Assembly (NCBI GenBank): GCA_036496425.1
Contig: DASXLG010000202.1
Span: 69 to 64,068, forward strand
Reading direction: 5' to 3'
DNA: 64,000 nucleotides
Source of the DNA: Terriglobia bacterium
GTDB taxonomy: Bacteria; Acidobacteriota; Terriglobia; 20CM-2-55-15
The notes beneath the pieces were generated by a model. The model was not told where the DNA came from, searched no databases, and saw nothing but the letters and a program-made list of their open reading frames with translations. Within the stretch, counting starts at the first letter, position 1. Each line of letters begins with the position of its first letter. Made by a program: the position numbers and the translations under genes. Of this stretch, positions 55,557 to 64,000 are shown in pieces.

Positions 55557-58502
55557 TTACGGCGCCGGCACGAGCACGCGAACCGTCGTTCCCTGGACCG
55601 GACCGGTGAGAAGCTCGAACTGTGCTCCGATCTGGCTGGCACGCTCGCGCATGCCTGTCAGACCGTAATGCCCGGCCGCGGGGCCGGCGGCATCGGCCAG
55701 GCCCTTGCCGTCGTCCTGCACCGTTAAGCAGATGGAGTTCTTTGCGAAGCGCAAGCCCACTTCAATCGTGGTGGCGTCCGCGTGCCTGGTGGAATTGGCG
55801 ATCGCTTCCTGAGCAATCCGGAGCAGATGTCCTTCGACACTCGCCGGCAGGTGAGAGGGACCGCGATCGAGCTTGAGTTTGAGCTGAATATCTTTGCTCT
55901 TCGTGATCTGACGGGCAGTCTCCGCGATTGCGGCTTGAAGCTCCGCGTCTCCGCCTTTGACGGCGCGCAGGCCGGCAATGGATTGCCGCGCTTCTCTCAT
56001 GCATTGCGCGGCGTCCCGGATCAACTCATTCAATCGGCTTTGGCCCTGGCCGGCAGACAGACCTGTAGAGATCGCCTGCATTCCCATCGTGATGCCGGAA
56101 AAGCCTTGCAGCAATGTATCGTGAAGCTCTCGGGCAATGCGGCCGCGTTCAGCCAGTACGATCTCGAACTGCTGCCGCAGGCTCCGGACACGCATGTGCC
56201 AGACAAGCCAGGCAACAAATAAGAGGCCGGCGCCGCAAAGTGGAAAGAACCAGGCGCGCTGATAGTAATAAGGAGCGAGGCTGAACGCGACCGCGCTCCC
56301 GGATTCATTGCACAACCCATCGACGTTGCACGCGATCACACGGAACTGGAATTTGCCCGGAGGCAGATTCGTGTAGTAAGCGTCGCGCCGCGTGGAAGCG
56401 TCGGTCCAGTTTGTATCGTATCCTTCGAGCTTGTAGCGGAAGCGGATTCCGGCAGGCGCGAGGAAACTCAACGCCGTGTAGCGAAACTCCAGATCCTTGC
56501 GGCCCGCCGGTGCCGATCCAATAGCAGCCGGGGCTTCCTTCCGGCTATTCACGATGACGTCCTCGATAACGACCGGCGGGGCCGGCGCGTTGCGCTGCAG
56601 CTTCGCCGGATCGAGCACGAGCAGACCGCGAATGGTCGCAAACCAAAGCGTTCCATCCTTCATCTTCCACACGGCAGGCTGCACTCCGGATCTGCTTTCA
56701 ATGGTTCTCAGACCGTCCAGCGGGCTGTACGGCGTGCTGACGAATTTCTGAATTTCGCCCTCGGCAAACTTCCGCAGATCCGATCGATTCACTGAAAAGA
56801 TGCCTTTGCTCGATGCCATCCAGAGCCGGTCCTGGCTGTCCTCCGCAATGCCGTAGATTTCGTTGTCGAACAGGCCGTCCCGCATGAAATAGCTGGAGAC
56901 TTTTCCATCCTTCAACAGGCGCAGGCCGGCGCCCAGCGTTCCCATCCACAGCAGGCCCTCCTGGTCGACGAAGAACGTATCGACCTCGCGCAACGGTATA
57001 TCGGATGGAGCAAACTCGCGGAAGGCGTGGTCCTGATAAATCTTCAGGCCGGCTTCGGTCGCTGCCAGAAAATGTCCGGCCTTGTCCTCGCCTCCCGCCA
57101 CGGCGGACAGCCGTGAAGCATCTTTCGGCTGGATGAATCTGCCGTTCACGAACATGCTGAGGCCTGAAGGCGTTCCAATCCAGAGAGCGCCGGCGTGATC
57201 GTGGAAGAGAAACCGGATGTGATTGTCCGCGAGTCCCTGGTCGCGCGTGTAAGTTTCGACGACGCTGCCGTGTCTGAGCAGATTGAGCCCAGCGTTGGTT
57301 CCGACCCAGAGGTCTCCGGCGGGATCTTCCGCAAGGGCATAGATTTCATTTCCAGCCAAGCCCTGCTTCGTCGTGAGCACGGTGAGGTGCCGGGCATCGT
57401 CAAACCGGCAGAGGCCGGCGCCGATCGTACCGACCCAGACGGTGCCGTCGCGGTCTTGAAGGACCGGACCGACGTCGTTCGTCGGCAGGCCTTCGCTGAC
57501 GGTATAAGGAATGGTCCGGCCCTCAAGAAACTGATTCAGTCCGTGCTTCGTTCCAGCCCAAAGGCTGCCTTCGCGGTCTTCGTACAGCGAATAAACCGTG
57601 CTCTGGGACAGGCCGTCTTCGGTCCGATAACTTTCGAACTTCCCGTTGCGGAACCGGCTGAAGCCGCTTTTGGTGCCAATCCACAGCGTCCCGTCGCGGC
57701 CTTCGATCAGGGAGTAGATCCAGTTATCGGGGAGGCCGTCCTTCACGGTCATCAGATGTTCACGTCCGCCGGCGAAGCGGATCAAGCCGTTCGTGGTGCC
57801 GGCCCACACGGCGCCGTCATCGGAACACAGGAGGGCGCGAATATCCCCATATTCGGGCATCGACGTCAGCGGGTGATTAATAAAGGAGGAACCGTTCCAG
57901 GAACTCAGACGATTGCCGTCTCCGCCCACCCACAATGTGCCGTCCGGAGCCTCACATGCCGAGCGGACATTATTTGAGGGCAACCCTTGAGGCATGCCGT
58001 ACATCGTCAGTTTCCCTTGATTCAAACGAGCGAGGCCGGTAGACGTACAGGCCCAGATGTTTTCATTGCGGTCCTGCAACAAACACTGCACGGTCGAACG
58101 CTGCGGTTCGTCCTTCTGCAGGTATTGCGTCGCCACACCGTTTTCCAGCCGGATGAGGCCGGCCTCGTTTGTGCCGACCCAGAGGTTGTGGTGCTTGTCT
58201 TCCAGAATGTTCCGGACCCATGCGCCTTTCAGCGGCGGCTGGGCCGCCGGCGACGTGCTGGCCATTTCCGAGAAACGGACGCCGTCGAAACGGACAAGGC
58301 CCGCTTCGGTTCCAAGCCACAAATAACCGTCGTGGGTTTGCAGGATCGATGTGATCGTGGCGTCGGGCAACCCCTGCGGCGCCTGCCAGATACGATGCAC
58401 ATATTGCGTCAGTGCGCGGTTGGGATCGAGCGCGAAGGCCGGGATGCAGAGAAAGAGCAACAGCAGGACACCGGCCAGCGAAAGGCATTTTGGACGCAGC
58501 AT
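55557..58502 (-). CDS. sensor histidine kinase with periplasmic two-component-regulator beta-propeller + Y_Y_Y domains
   Basis: Trimmed to the ATG at 58502 (signal/TM MLRPKCLSLAGVLLLLFLCIPAFA). Multiple Reg_prop repeats (..GLW[VI]GT..), then a TM, HisKA_3 and HATPase_c. Confidence 0.85.
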   Translation of the reverse strand: MLRPKCLSLAGVLLLLFLCIPAFALDPNRALTQYVHRIWQAPQGLPDATITSILQTHDGYLWLGTEAGLVRFDGVRFSEMASTSPAAQPPLKGAWVRNILEDKHHNLWVGTNEAGLIRLENGVATQYLQKDEPQRSTVQCLLQDRNENIWACTSTGLARLNQGKLTMYGMPQGLPSNNVRSACEAPDGTLWVGGDGNRLSSWNGSSFINHPLTSMPEYGDIRALLCSDDGAVWAGTTNGLIRFAGGREHLMTVKDGLPDNWIYSLIEGRDGTLWIGTKSGFSRFRNGKFESYRTEDGLSQSTVYSLYEDREGSLWAGTKHGLNQFLEGRTIPYTVSEGLPTNDVGPVLQDRDGTVWVGTIGAGLCRFDDARHLTVLTTKQGLAGNEIYALAEDPAGDLWVGTNAGLNLLRHGSVVETYTRDQGLADNHIRFLFHDHAGALWIGTPSGLSMFVNGRFIQPKDASRLSAVAGGEDKAGHFLAATEAGLKIYQDHAFREFAPSDIPLREVDTFFVDQEGLLWMGTLGAGLRLLKDGKVSSYFMRDGLFDNEIYGIAEDSQDRLWMASSKGIFSVNRSDLRKFAEGEIQKFVSTPYSPLDGLRTIESRSGVQPAVWKMKDGTLWFATIRGLLVLDPAKLQRNAPAPPVVIEDVIVNSRKEAPAAIGSAPAGRKDLEFRYTALSFLAPAGIRFRYKLEGYDTNWTDASTRRDAYYTNLPPGKFQFRVIACNVDGLCNESGSAVAFSLAPYYYQRAWFFPLCGAGLLFVAWLVWHMRVRSLRQQFEIVLAERGRIARELHDTLLQGFSGITMGMQAISTGLSAGQGQSRLNELIRDAAQCMREARQSIAGLRAVKGGDAELQAAIAETARQITKSKDIQLKLKLDRGPSHLPASVEGHLLRIAQEAIANSTRHADATTIEVGLRFAKNSICLTVQDDGKGLADAAGPAAGHYGLTGMRERASQIGAQFELLTGPVQGTTVRVLVPAP

Positions 58503-58538
58503 ATTACGATTCGATCTTACTGCCGTTCGCGAAACACG

Positions 58539-58628
58539 AAAAGGGGAAGGAACGCAAGAAGCACAAAAGGCACAAGAAGGGCGGGTCTTTCTTGTGCCTT
58601 TTGTGCTTCTTGCGTTCCTTCCCCTTTT
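58539..58628. terminator. perfect 40-bp-stem hairpin (purine-rich / pyrimidine-rich arms) immediately after the GspS-like stop codon
   Basis: 58539-58578 (GAAAAGGGGAAGGAACGCAAGAAGCACAAAAGGCACAAGAA region) pairs perfectly with 58589-58628, with a 10-nt loop. On the minus-strand transcript it is followed by CCUUUUCGUGUUUCG. The hairpin ends 36 nt before the HK start codon. Confidence 0.5.
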
Positions 58629-59760
58629 ACCGAAACAAGTGCGGGACAAACCGGCTGAGGTTCGTGGTGATCGGGCCGTCGGACTCGCGAATTCCCATAC
58701 CGCAGGCGCCTTGATCGATCACGTACCAGCTTCCGACAACCGGATAATTCCCCTCAAACGCCGGAATATGTGCAGCGGCCTGATACACGAACGCGCCGTC
58801 GCCGTAGTTCCCGGGCGTGTTCACGCGCGGGCCCGAACTGCCGACGAGCGTGACGTTCGCGCCTTCACGCGAATAGAGCGGCTTGCGGATGTAGTCGACC
58901 ATCAATCCGGGATTGTCGATGTGCGCTTCGAGCAGCAGCGGATGCTGGGGAAACAGTTCCCAGAGAATCGCGAGGATGCCTTTGTTCGACGCAACCATTT
59001 TCCAGATGGGCTCGATCCACTGCATCGCGGAATGCGTGTCGATCAGATGCTGCGCGAAGGCTTCGCCGAGAAGCCACTCCCATGGATACAGCTTGTAAAT
59101 GCTGTGAATGCGATTGCCGGCAAGATCTACGAAACACTCGCCGTTCCATCCGATCTCGGCAACGGTCAGCGCCTCGGTTTTGTAGCCCGATTGCTGAGCG
59201 AGGTCGCGGAGATATGTCACCGTCATCATGTCTTCCGTATCCGCGGCATGCGTGAAATATAGAGGCGAGCCGTCGATGTAGTTCACCAGCTCCGTGAACT
59301 TCGCCAGAAGCTTTTCGTGGATGGAATTGAACTGATCGCAATTCTTGTGCGTGTCCTGCAGCCAATACCATTGAATGATCGAAGCTTCCAGCAGAGCCGT
59401 CGGCGTGTCGGCATTGAATTCGAGCGCTTTGATGGCGCCCTTGCCATCGTAAGCAAGGTCAAAGCGCCCATGCAGCGCCGGAGGCTCCTGGTTCCACGCC
59501 GATATGATGAGCGGCACAGCGGCCGCCGGAATGCGCAGCTCGGCGAAACGGTTTTGATCGATCACGCGCTGAATCGCCGCAAGCCACATGTTCCATAGCT
59601 CATTCGTCGCCGCTTCGAGCGCATCGACTTCTTTCGCAGTGAACTCATAGAACACGGACTCGTCCCAATAGCGCTGGCCGTCAGGCGTGTGATAGATCAG
59701 CCCCTGAGATTCGACGGCGGATCTCCACGACGCGCGCTCGGGTTGTTGTTTCCGGATCAT
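58627..59760 (-). CDS. glutathionylspermidine synthase family protein (YjfC-like ATP-grasp amidoligase)
   Basis: Trimmed to the ATG at 59760 (MIRKQQPERASW...). GspS pre-ATP-grasp and ATP-grasp blocks are present and there is no CHAP amidase domain. 377 aa. Confidence 0.8.
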   Translation of the reverse strand: MIRKQQPERASWRSAVESQGLIYHTPDGQRYWDESVFYEFTAKEVDALEAATNELWNMWLAAIQRVIDQNRFAELRIPAAAVPLIISAWNQEPPALHGRFDLAYDGKGAIKALEFNADTPTALLEASIIQWYWLQDTHKNCDQFNSIHEKLLAKFTELVNYIDGSPLYFTHAADTEDMMTVTYLRDLAQQSGYKTEALTVAEIGWNGECFVDLAGNRIHSIYKLYPWEWLLGEAFAQHLIDTHSAMQWIEPIWKMVASNKGILAILWELFPQHPLLLEAHIDNPGLMVDYIRKPLYSREGANVTLVGSSGPRVNTPGNYGDGAFVYQAAAHIPAFEGNYPVVGSWYVIDQGACGMGIRESDGPITTNLSRFVPHLFR

Positions 59761-60065
59761 TCGCCGCCTCCTCCACCGTGCGCGCTCGCTCCGAATCCGC
59801 CGCGGCTGATGCCGGAGGACGGCGTGGCATGGCCCTCGATCACGGTCTCGCCCGGAGCAAAGGCCCGTGACGAATACCACCAGTGATAGTAGCCACCCGG
59901 ATAGTGCGCTACGTCGTGGCAATACCGCTGGTCGACGACGACATTACTTTGATTCACGCATTGCTGCCAGTCCTGATGGTAGGCGTCACGCGCATTGAAG
60001 CGCGCGAGCGCCGCGGCGGCAACGGCGGAAACAAATGCAATGCGAACGGTCGTCGATTGCTTCAT
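59757..60065 (-). CDS. small secreted protein (hypothetical; YjfM/DUF1190-position)
   Basis: 102 aa with a signal peptide (MKQSTTVRIAFVSAVAAAALA) and a Gly-rich C-terminus. ATGA overlap with the downstream GspS-like gene. Confidence 0.5.
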   Translation of the reverse strand: MKQSTTVRIAFVSAVAAAALARFNARDAYHQDWQQCVNQSNVVVDQRYCHDVAHYPGGYYHWWYSSRAFAPGETVIEGHATPSSGISRGGFGASAHGGGGGE

Positions 60066-60281
60066 TTATCGGATGGCGGTGACGATGATGGCAGCGATTC
60101 CAAGAAGGACGGCCGAAAGCTTCAAAGCAGCGGCCATGTTTCCGTTCTCAATCTGCATTTTGTAATCGATGGGGTCCAATTTGTCGAACAACCACGAGCC
60201 GGCAAAAAAACTGAAAACGCCGACCAATGTCCACCACAGGACATTCAACGTCTCCGCCGGGTAGTGTGCGAGTACTTCCAT
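60066..60281 (-). CDS. DUF350 small membrane protein (YjfL-like)
   Basis: 71 aa with two TM segments and a DUF350 pattern (...ENGNMAAALKLSAVLLGIAAIIVTA...). Its stop abuts the next gene's start. Confidence 0.65.
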   Translation of the reverse strand: MEVLAHYPAETLNVLWWTLVGVFSFFAGSWLFDKLDPIDYKMQIENGNMAAALKLSAVLLGIAAIIVTAIR

Positions 60282-60297
60282 AGTTTGCCCTCCAGGG

Positions 60298-62553
60298 TTG
60301 AGTTTCAGGATGTTCGCTTATTTCTGGATGCCGTACAAGGAAAGAGGAGACAGAATACTGGCGATGACTACGCGTATTTTCGCTCCAACGATCTTTCTGA
60401 GCGCCTTTCTGCTGTTCTGTTTCGAGCCGATGATCGGCAAAATGATGCTGCCACTGCTCGGCGGCGCGGCGGCCGTCTGGATCACGTGCCTTCTGTTTTT
60501 TCAATTGATGCTGCTGGCGGGGTACGGGTACGCGCTGGTGCTGGAGCGTTACCTGCCGGCGCGCGCGCAGATCATCGTGCATGCGGTGATGATGGTCGCG
60601 GTGCTTTTCTTTCTTCCGATCCATTTCGTGACTCGGCCGGACGAAGCGGCCTCCATCAATCCTTCGGGCTGGCTTCTCTGGCAGCTGGTGAAGTCCGCGG
60701 GCATTCCGTTCGGCATCGTATCGACGACGGCGCCGCTGCTTCAGGCCTGGCTCACGAAGACGAAGGCGGCTGCGGCGCGCGACCCTTACTTCCTCTACGC
60801 GATCAGCAACGCGGGAAGCCTGATCGCACTGGTCGCCTATCCGCTCTTGATAGAACCGCGCATCGGCGTGCGGGAACAGACATGGTTGTGGTCGACGGCG
60901 TACGCGCTGCTGGGCGCAATGCTGATTGCGGCGGCAGCGGTCGTCTGGAAGACCGTTTCAAGCCCTTCCCAGGAAGCGACCCCATCGGTGACGGCGGAGA
61001 TACCGTCCTGGCGGCAGCGATTGTTCTGGCTGGCGGCGGCGTTCGTGCCGTCGGGTTTGATGCTGGCCGTAACGAATCACATTCTGCTGAACCTGGCGTC
61101 CGTGCCGTTTCTATGGATTCTTCCGCTTGCCGTTTACCTGATGACGTTCATGGCCGCCTTCGGACGAAAGATCCACATTTCCTCGAAGGCTGTTTCCGCC
61201 GCAGTGCCTGTCGTTCTGCTCCTTCTGTTTCCCTTCGCCGCCACCAGCCGCGCTGTCGACGTTAAATTCCTGCTGCCGCTCATTGCGGTGCACATGTTGA
61301 TTCTGGCCGCAGGCGCGCTGCTGTGTCATACGGCGCTTGCGGCGCGGCGGCCGGATCCGCAGCACTTGACGGAATTCTATTTCTGGATCGCGCTGGGAGG
61401 CGTGCTGGGCGGCGTCTTCACGGCAGTCCTGGCGCCATTCATGTTTCGGACGGTGATCGAATACCCGCTGCTTGTGGCGGCGATCGCATTTTTCCGCGAA
61501 CCGGGGGAACCGAAAACAGAGATCAACGGCGGTGATTTGATTTTTCCCGCGGTGCTGGGCTTCGCGGTGATCGGTGCTTCGAAGCTGTTGCGGTCGCATG
61601 GCGTGAACTTCACCTCGGATCTCTGGACAAGCATCGGCCTGGACATCGTCATCATCCTCTTTGCCTACCTGCTGCGGCATCGGGTGTTCCGCTTCGGCGT
61701 GGCAATGGCGATTCTGATTTTCGCTTACCAGCGTCTGCTGCCTCAGTTCTTCGGAGGATCGGAGTTCATCTACATGGCCCGGGATTTCTTCGGCGTGAAA
61801 GGCGTGAAGTACGACTTCAACACCAACTCACGCCGGTTGCTGCACGGCGACACGCTGCACGGCATCGAGAGCCAGGATCCGGATTTCATCGGGCACCCCG
61901 TCGCTTATTACGATCCGACCGGACCTGTCGGCGATGTCATGGACATGTTGAGCGAGCGTGGGGGTAACCAGCACGTCGGCGTGGTGGGATTGGGAACCGG
62001 CAGCATGGCAGGATGGACCGCTCCCTCGCGCCACATCACGTTCTTCGATATCGACCGGCAGATGATCGACATCGCGATGAACTACTTCACCTTCCTGCCG
62101 AGCTGCGGGAAGAACTGCGATGTGATTGTCGGCGACGGCCGCCTGTCCATCGAGAAAGCCAATGCCGGAGAATTCGATCTCCTGATGCTGGACGCGTTCA
62201 ATTCCGATTCGATTCCCGCGCACCTGGTCTCGCGCGAGGCGATCCGGATGTATCTGACGAAACTCAAGCCGGACGGGTTCCTGTTGTTTCACGTCTCAAA
62301 CCGGTACATGGACGTCGAGGCGCTCATCTCTGCCGTGGTGACGGATGCGAACCTGGAGGCCCTCGTCCGCCACGACGATGAACAGCAAAATGACCTCAAA
62401 GCCAGGTCACACTATATCGTTGCGGGCCGGAATGCCGCGGCTCTCGGCGCCTTGGAGCATGACGCCAACTGGATGAAAGTCAAGAAACCGGACAACGTCG
62501 CCGCCTGGACCGACGACTATTCCAACATGCTGGCCATTCTGCGCTGGCATTGA
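60298..62553 (+). CDS. polytopic membrane protein fused to spermidine-synthase-like (PABS) domain
   Basis: 751 aa. About 450 aa of TM helices, then an aminopropyltransferase-like domain (GVVGLGTGSMAG...DVIVGDGRL...DLLMLDAFNSDSIPAHL). Confidence 0.8.
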   Translation: MSFRMFAYFWMPYKERGDRILAMTTRIFAPTIFLSAFLLFCFEPMIGKMMLPLLGGAAAVWITCLLFFQLMLLAGYGYALVLERYLPARAQIIVHAVMMVAVLFFLPIHFVTRPDEAASINPSGWLLWQLVKSAGIPFGIVSTTAPLLQAWLTKTKAAAARDPYFLYAISNAGSLIALVAYPLLIEPRIGVREQTWLWSTAYALLGAMLIAAAAVVWKTVSSPSQEATPSVTAEIPSWRQRLFWLAAAFVPSGLMLAVTNHILLNLASVPFLWILPLAVYLMTFMAAFGRKIHISSKAVSAAVPVVLLLLFPFAATSRAVDVKFLLPLIAVHMLILAAGALLCHTALAARRPDPQHLTEFYFWIALGGVLGGVFTAVLAPFMFRTVIEYPLLVAAIAFFREPGEPKTEINGGDLIFPAVLGFAVIGASKLLRSHGVNFTSDLWTSIGLDIVIILFAYLLRHRVFRFGVAMAILIFAYQRLLPQFFGGSEFIYMARDFFGVKGVKYDFNTNSRRLLHGDTLHGIESQDPDFIGHPVAYYDPTGPVGDVMDMLSERGGNQHVGVVGLGTGSMAGWTAPSRHITFFDIDRQMIDIAMNYFTFLPSCGKNCDVIVGDGRLSIEKANAGEFDLLMLDAFNSDSIPAHLVSREAIRMYLTKLKPDGFLLFHVSNRYMDVEALISAVVTDANLEALVRHDDEQQNDLKARSHYIVAGRNAAALGALEHDANWMKVKKPDNVAAWTDDYSNMLAILRWH

Positions 62554-62982
62554 CGGGCCGCGCAACGCAGGCTAAAATGTCTTCATCATGACTAGACGTG
62601 CGGAGCAGATCACAACTCTACAGCGCAACGGCAGTCGTGTGCTTTCTCTGCTTCCTGGATCGTTTGGCGATCTAGTTCTAGATCGCCTGGCCCTTGCGGC
62701 TCCGCCCCCGCGGCTACGGGCCTGATCCACCAAGGCCGGCCAGCCGCGAAAAATCTCGAAGCTTCCACATAAAGTGAGCGATGATGAACCCGATGAGAAC
62801 GTTAATCGGCATTCTGTGAATCGAGCGAAGGACGCACGGCGTGCGCCCCTTTGCCGATAAAACGCGCCGGATTCTGCTCGCCTGACTTTGCTGCCGGACG
62901 AGCAATCCCAGCCGTCCGAGCGAGTCCTCAAAAGCCCGCCGTCACGGGGCGCACATAACACTTTATAGAGGAGACGACTGCT

Positions 62983-64000
62983 ATGAATCTCGAGGAAGTC
63001 TGTGCCGTTGCGCGGGAAAACGCTGCGCTCACGGATTCTGAAGCGCGCTGGCCGGAGAAGTCCATAACGGCATTGAGCAGCGCCGGGTTGTTGGGATTAA
63101 CCATCCCCAAAGAGTTCGGCGGCGCCGGAGCCGGAATGCGGGAGTTTGCCCGCGTCACCGAAGAACTCGCAACCGTTTGCGGCTCGACTGCGATGATTTA
63201 CCTGATGCACGTTTGCGGCGCTCAGGTTATAGCCGGCGCCCGCCAGAGATCCGCCCTCGACGGCATTGTGACCGGAAAACTCCTGACCACGCTGGCCTTC
63301 AGCGAGAAAGGCAGCCGCAGTCATTTCTGGGCCCCTGTCAGTCGAGCCGAGCAAAATGGCGGCGGAATCCGGATCCGGGCGGACAAATCTTTCGTCACGA
63401 GCGCCGGACACGCGCAGACGTATGTCGTGGCTTCAGGATCCGTGGGCGGGAGCGCGGCAACGGAATCCACTCTATATCTTGTGGGAGGAAGCAGTGCGGG
63501 TGTCCGGACGCTCGGACCCTGGACGGGCATGGGACTGCGCGGAAATTCCAGCGCTCCCATGGTCTTCGATTGCGTGGTGGGCGAGGACGCCAGGCTGACC
63601 GCCGAAGGTGGCGGCTTCCAGGCGATGATGCAGATCGTCCTGCCCTGGTTTCAAGTCGGCTCCGCCGCCGTCTCACTTGGCATTGCCAAGGCGGCTTTAG
63701 CCGATGCGACGCGTCACGTCTCCTCTGCGCGCCTGGAACACCTCGGGGAAAGCCTGGCCGCGGCGGTTCCGGGAGTACGCGCGAGGATCGCGAAGATGCA
63801 ACTCACGCTCGATGCGGCGCGTGCTTACCTGAATGAGGCCCTGAGCAAAATTGAAAATCAGGCCCCGGATGCGATGCTGGCAGTGCTCGGCGTGAAAGCT
63901 ACAGCGGCCGAAGCCGTCGTATCAGTCACCGATGAAGCCATGCGCGCCTGCGGCGGAGCCGCCTTCAGCCGCCATCTCTCGATCGAACGCAATTTTCGTG
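62983..64000 (+). CDS. acyl-CoA dehydrogenase family protein (3'-truncated by window end)
   Basis: The ATG at 62983 follows AGAGGAG. MNLEEVCAVARENAAL...LTIPKEFGGAGAGMREFARVTEELATVCGSTAMIYLMH... is an ACAD N-terminal/middle-domain pattern. The ORF runs off the window end, so it is absent from the ORF track. Confidence 0.8.
   Translation, partial: MNLEEVCAVARENAALTDSEARWPEKSITALSSAGLLGLTIPKEFGGAGAGMREFARVTEELATVCGSTAMIYLMHVCGAQVIAGARQRSALDGIVTGKLLTTLAFSEKGSRSHFWAPVSRAEQNGGGIRIRADKSFVTSAGHAQTYVVASGSVGGSAATESTLYLVGGSSAGVRTLGPWTGMGLRGNSSAPMVFDCVVGEDARLTAEGGGFQAMMQIVLPWFQVGSAAVSLGIAKAALADATRHVSSARLEHLGESLAAAVPGVRARIAKMQLTLDAARAYLNEALSKIENQAPDAMLAVLGVKATAAEAVVSVTDEAMRACGGAAFSRHLSIERNFR

Noticed and set aside
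62666-62687. Hairpin GGCGATCTAG-tt-CTAGATCGCC downstream of the spermidine-synthase-like gene as intrinsic terminator
   Set aside because: Perfect 10-bp palindrome but essentially no loop and no following U-tract. It could equally be a protein-binding dyad, so it is not called as a feature.
1-64000. tRNA / rRNA / tmRNA / RNase P genes
   Set aside because: Scanned by eye for the T-arm GGTTCGAATCC-type box and RNase P P4 strings. Only partial matches (e.g. AGGTTCGATAGCC inside the M24 gene at about 22770, and ACAAAGTCCGCGAAAGG in the 7190 leader) without the rest of the structure.

Overview
64-kb high-GC (~60%) bacterial chromosomal segment. Gene content (many PadR/RND/MoxR-type genes, a two-component-regulator-propeller histidine kinase) suggests an Acidobacteria-like soil bacterium; this is a guess from composition and families only. 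About 60 genes are packed tightly with frequent 1- or 4-nt start/stop overlaps. Left to right: (1) cupin, GcvT-like aminomethyltransferase, AtoE-type transporter and LLM flavin oxidoreductase; (2) a DsbA/FrnE-like oxidoreductase whose CxxC active-site Cys codon is an in-frame TGA, making it a candidate selenoprotein (or fresh pseudogene); (3) two tandem paralogous secreted beta-rich proteins, then an ~850-bp non-coding stretch full of degenerate repeats and hairpins; (4) a small islet with an FN3-like hypothetical protein and a frameshifted beta-lactamase-family pseudogene; (5) a PadR regulator translationally coupled to a Wzz-like membrane protein, and a di-haem cytochrome c; (6) a six-gene MoxR AAA+ / DUF58 / RDD-SpoIIM / DUF4350 / DUF4129 operon; (7) a HIBADH-E1alpha-E1beta-E2 2-oxoacid dehydrogenase operon followed by an M24 peptidase; (8) two MetE-like proteins, a Gfo/Idh/MocA oxidoreductase and a xylose-isomerase-like TIM-barrel gene bracketed by two copies of an AT-rich palindromic element; (9) an epimerase / YaiO-like OMP / HEAT-repeat / GT2 synthase module that looks like an exopolysaccharide system; (10) a STAS-MlaE-MlaF-MCE-lipoprotein transporter operon; (11) a REC-HDOD regulator, a VapBC pair, and an MdtABC-like MFP-RND-RND efflux operon behind a LuxR-type two-component system; (12) a polyamine-type locus (DUF350 / small secreted protein / glutathionylspermidine-synthase-like, plus a membrane-fused spermidine-synthase-like protein); (13) the 5' part of an acyl-CoA dehydrogenase. 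Long perfect palindromes are unusually abundant: a GGGTCGCAC-cored GC-rich family (one copy inserted in-frame in the E2 linker), the AT-rich TTGGAAATT family, a 40-bp perfect purine-rich hairpin and others. No rRNA, tRNA or CRISPR was found.
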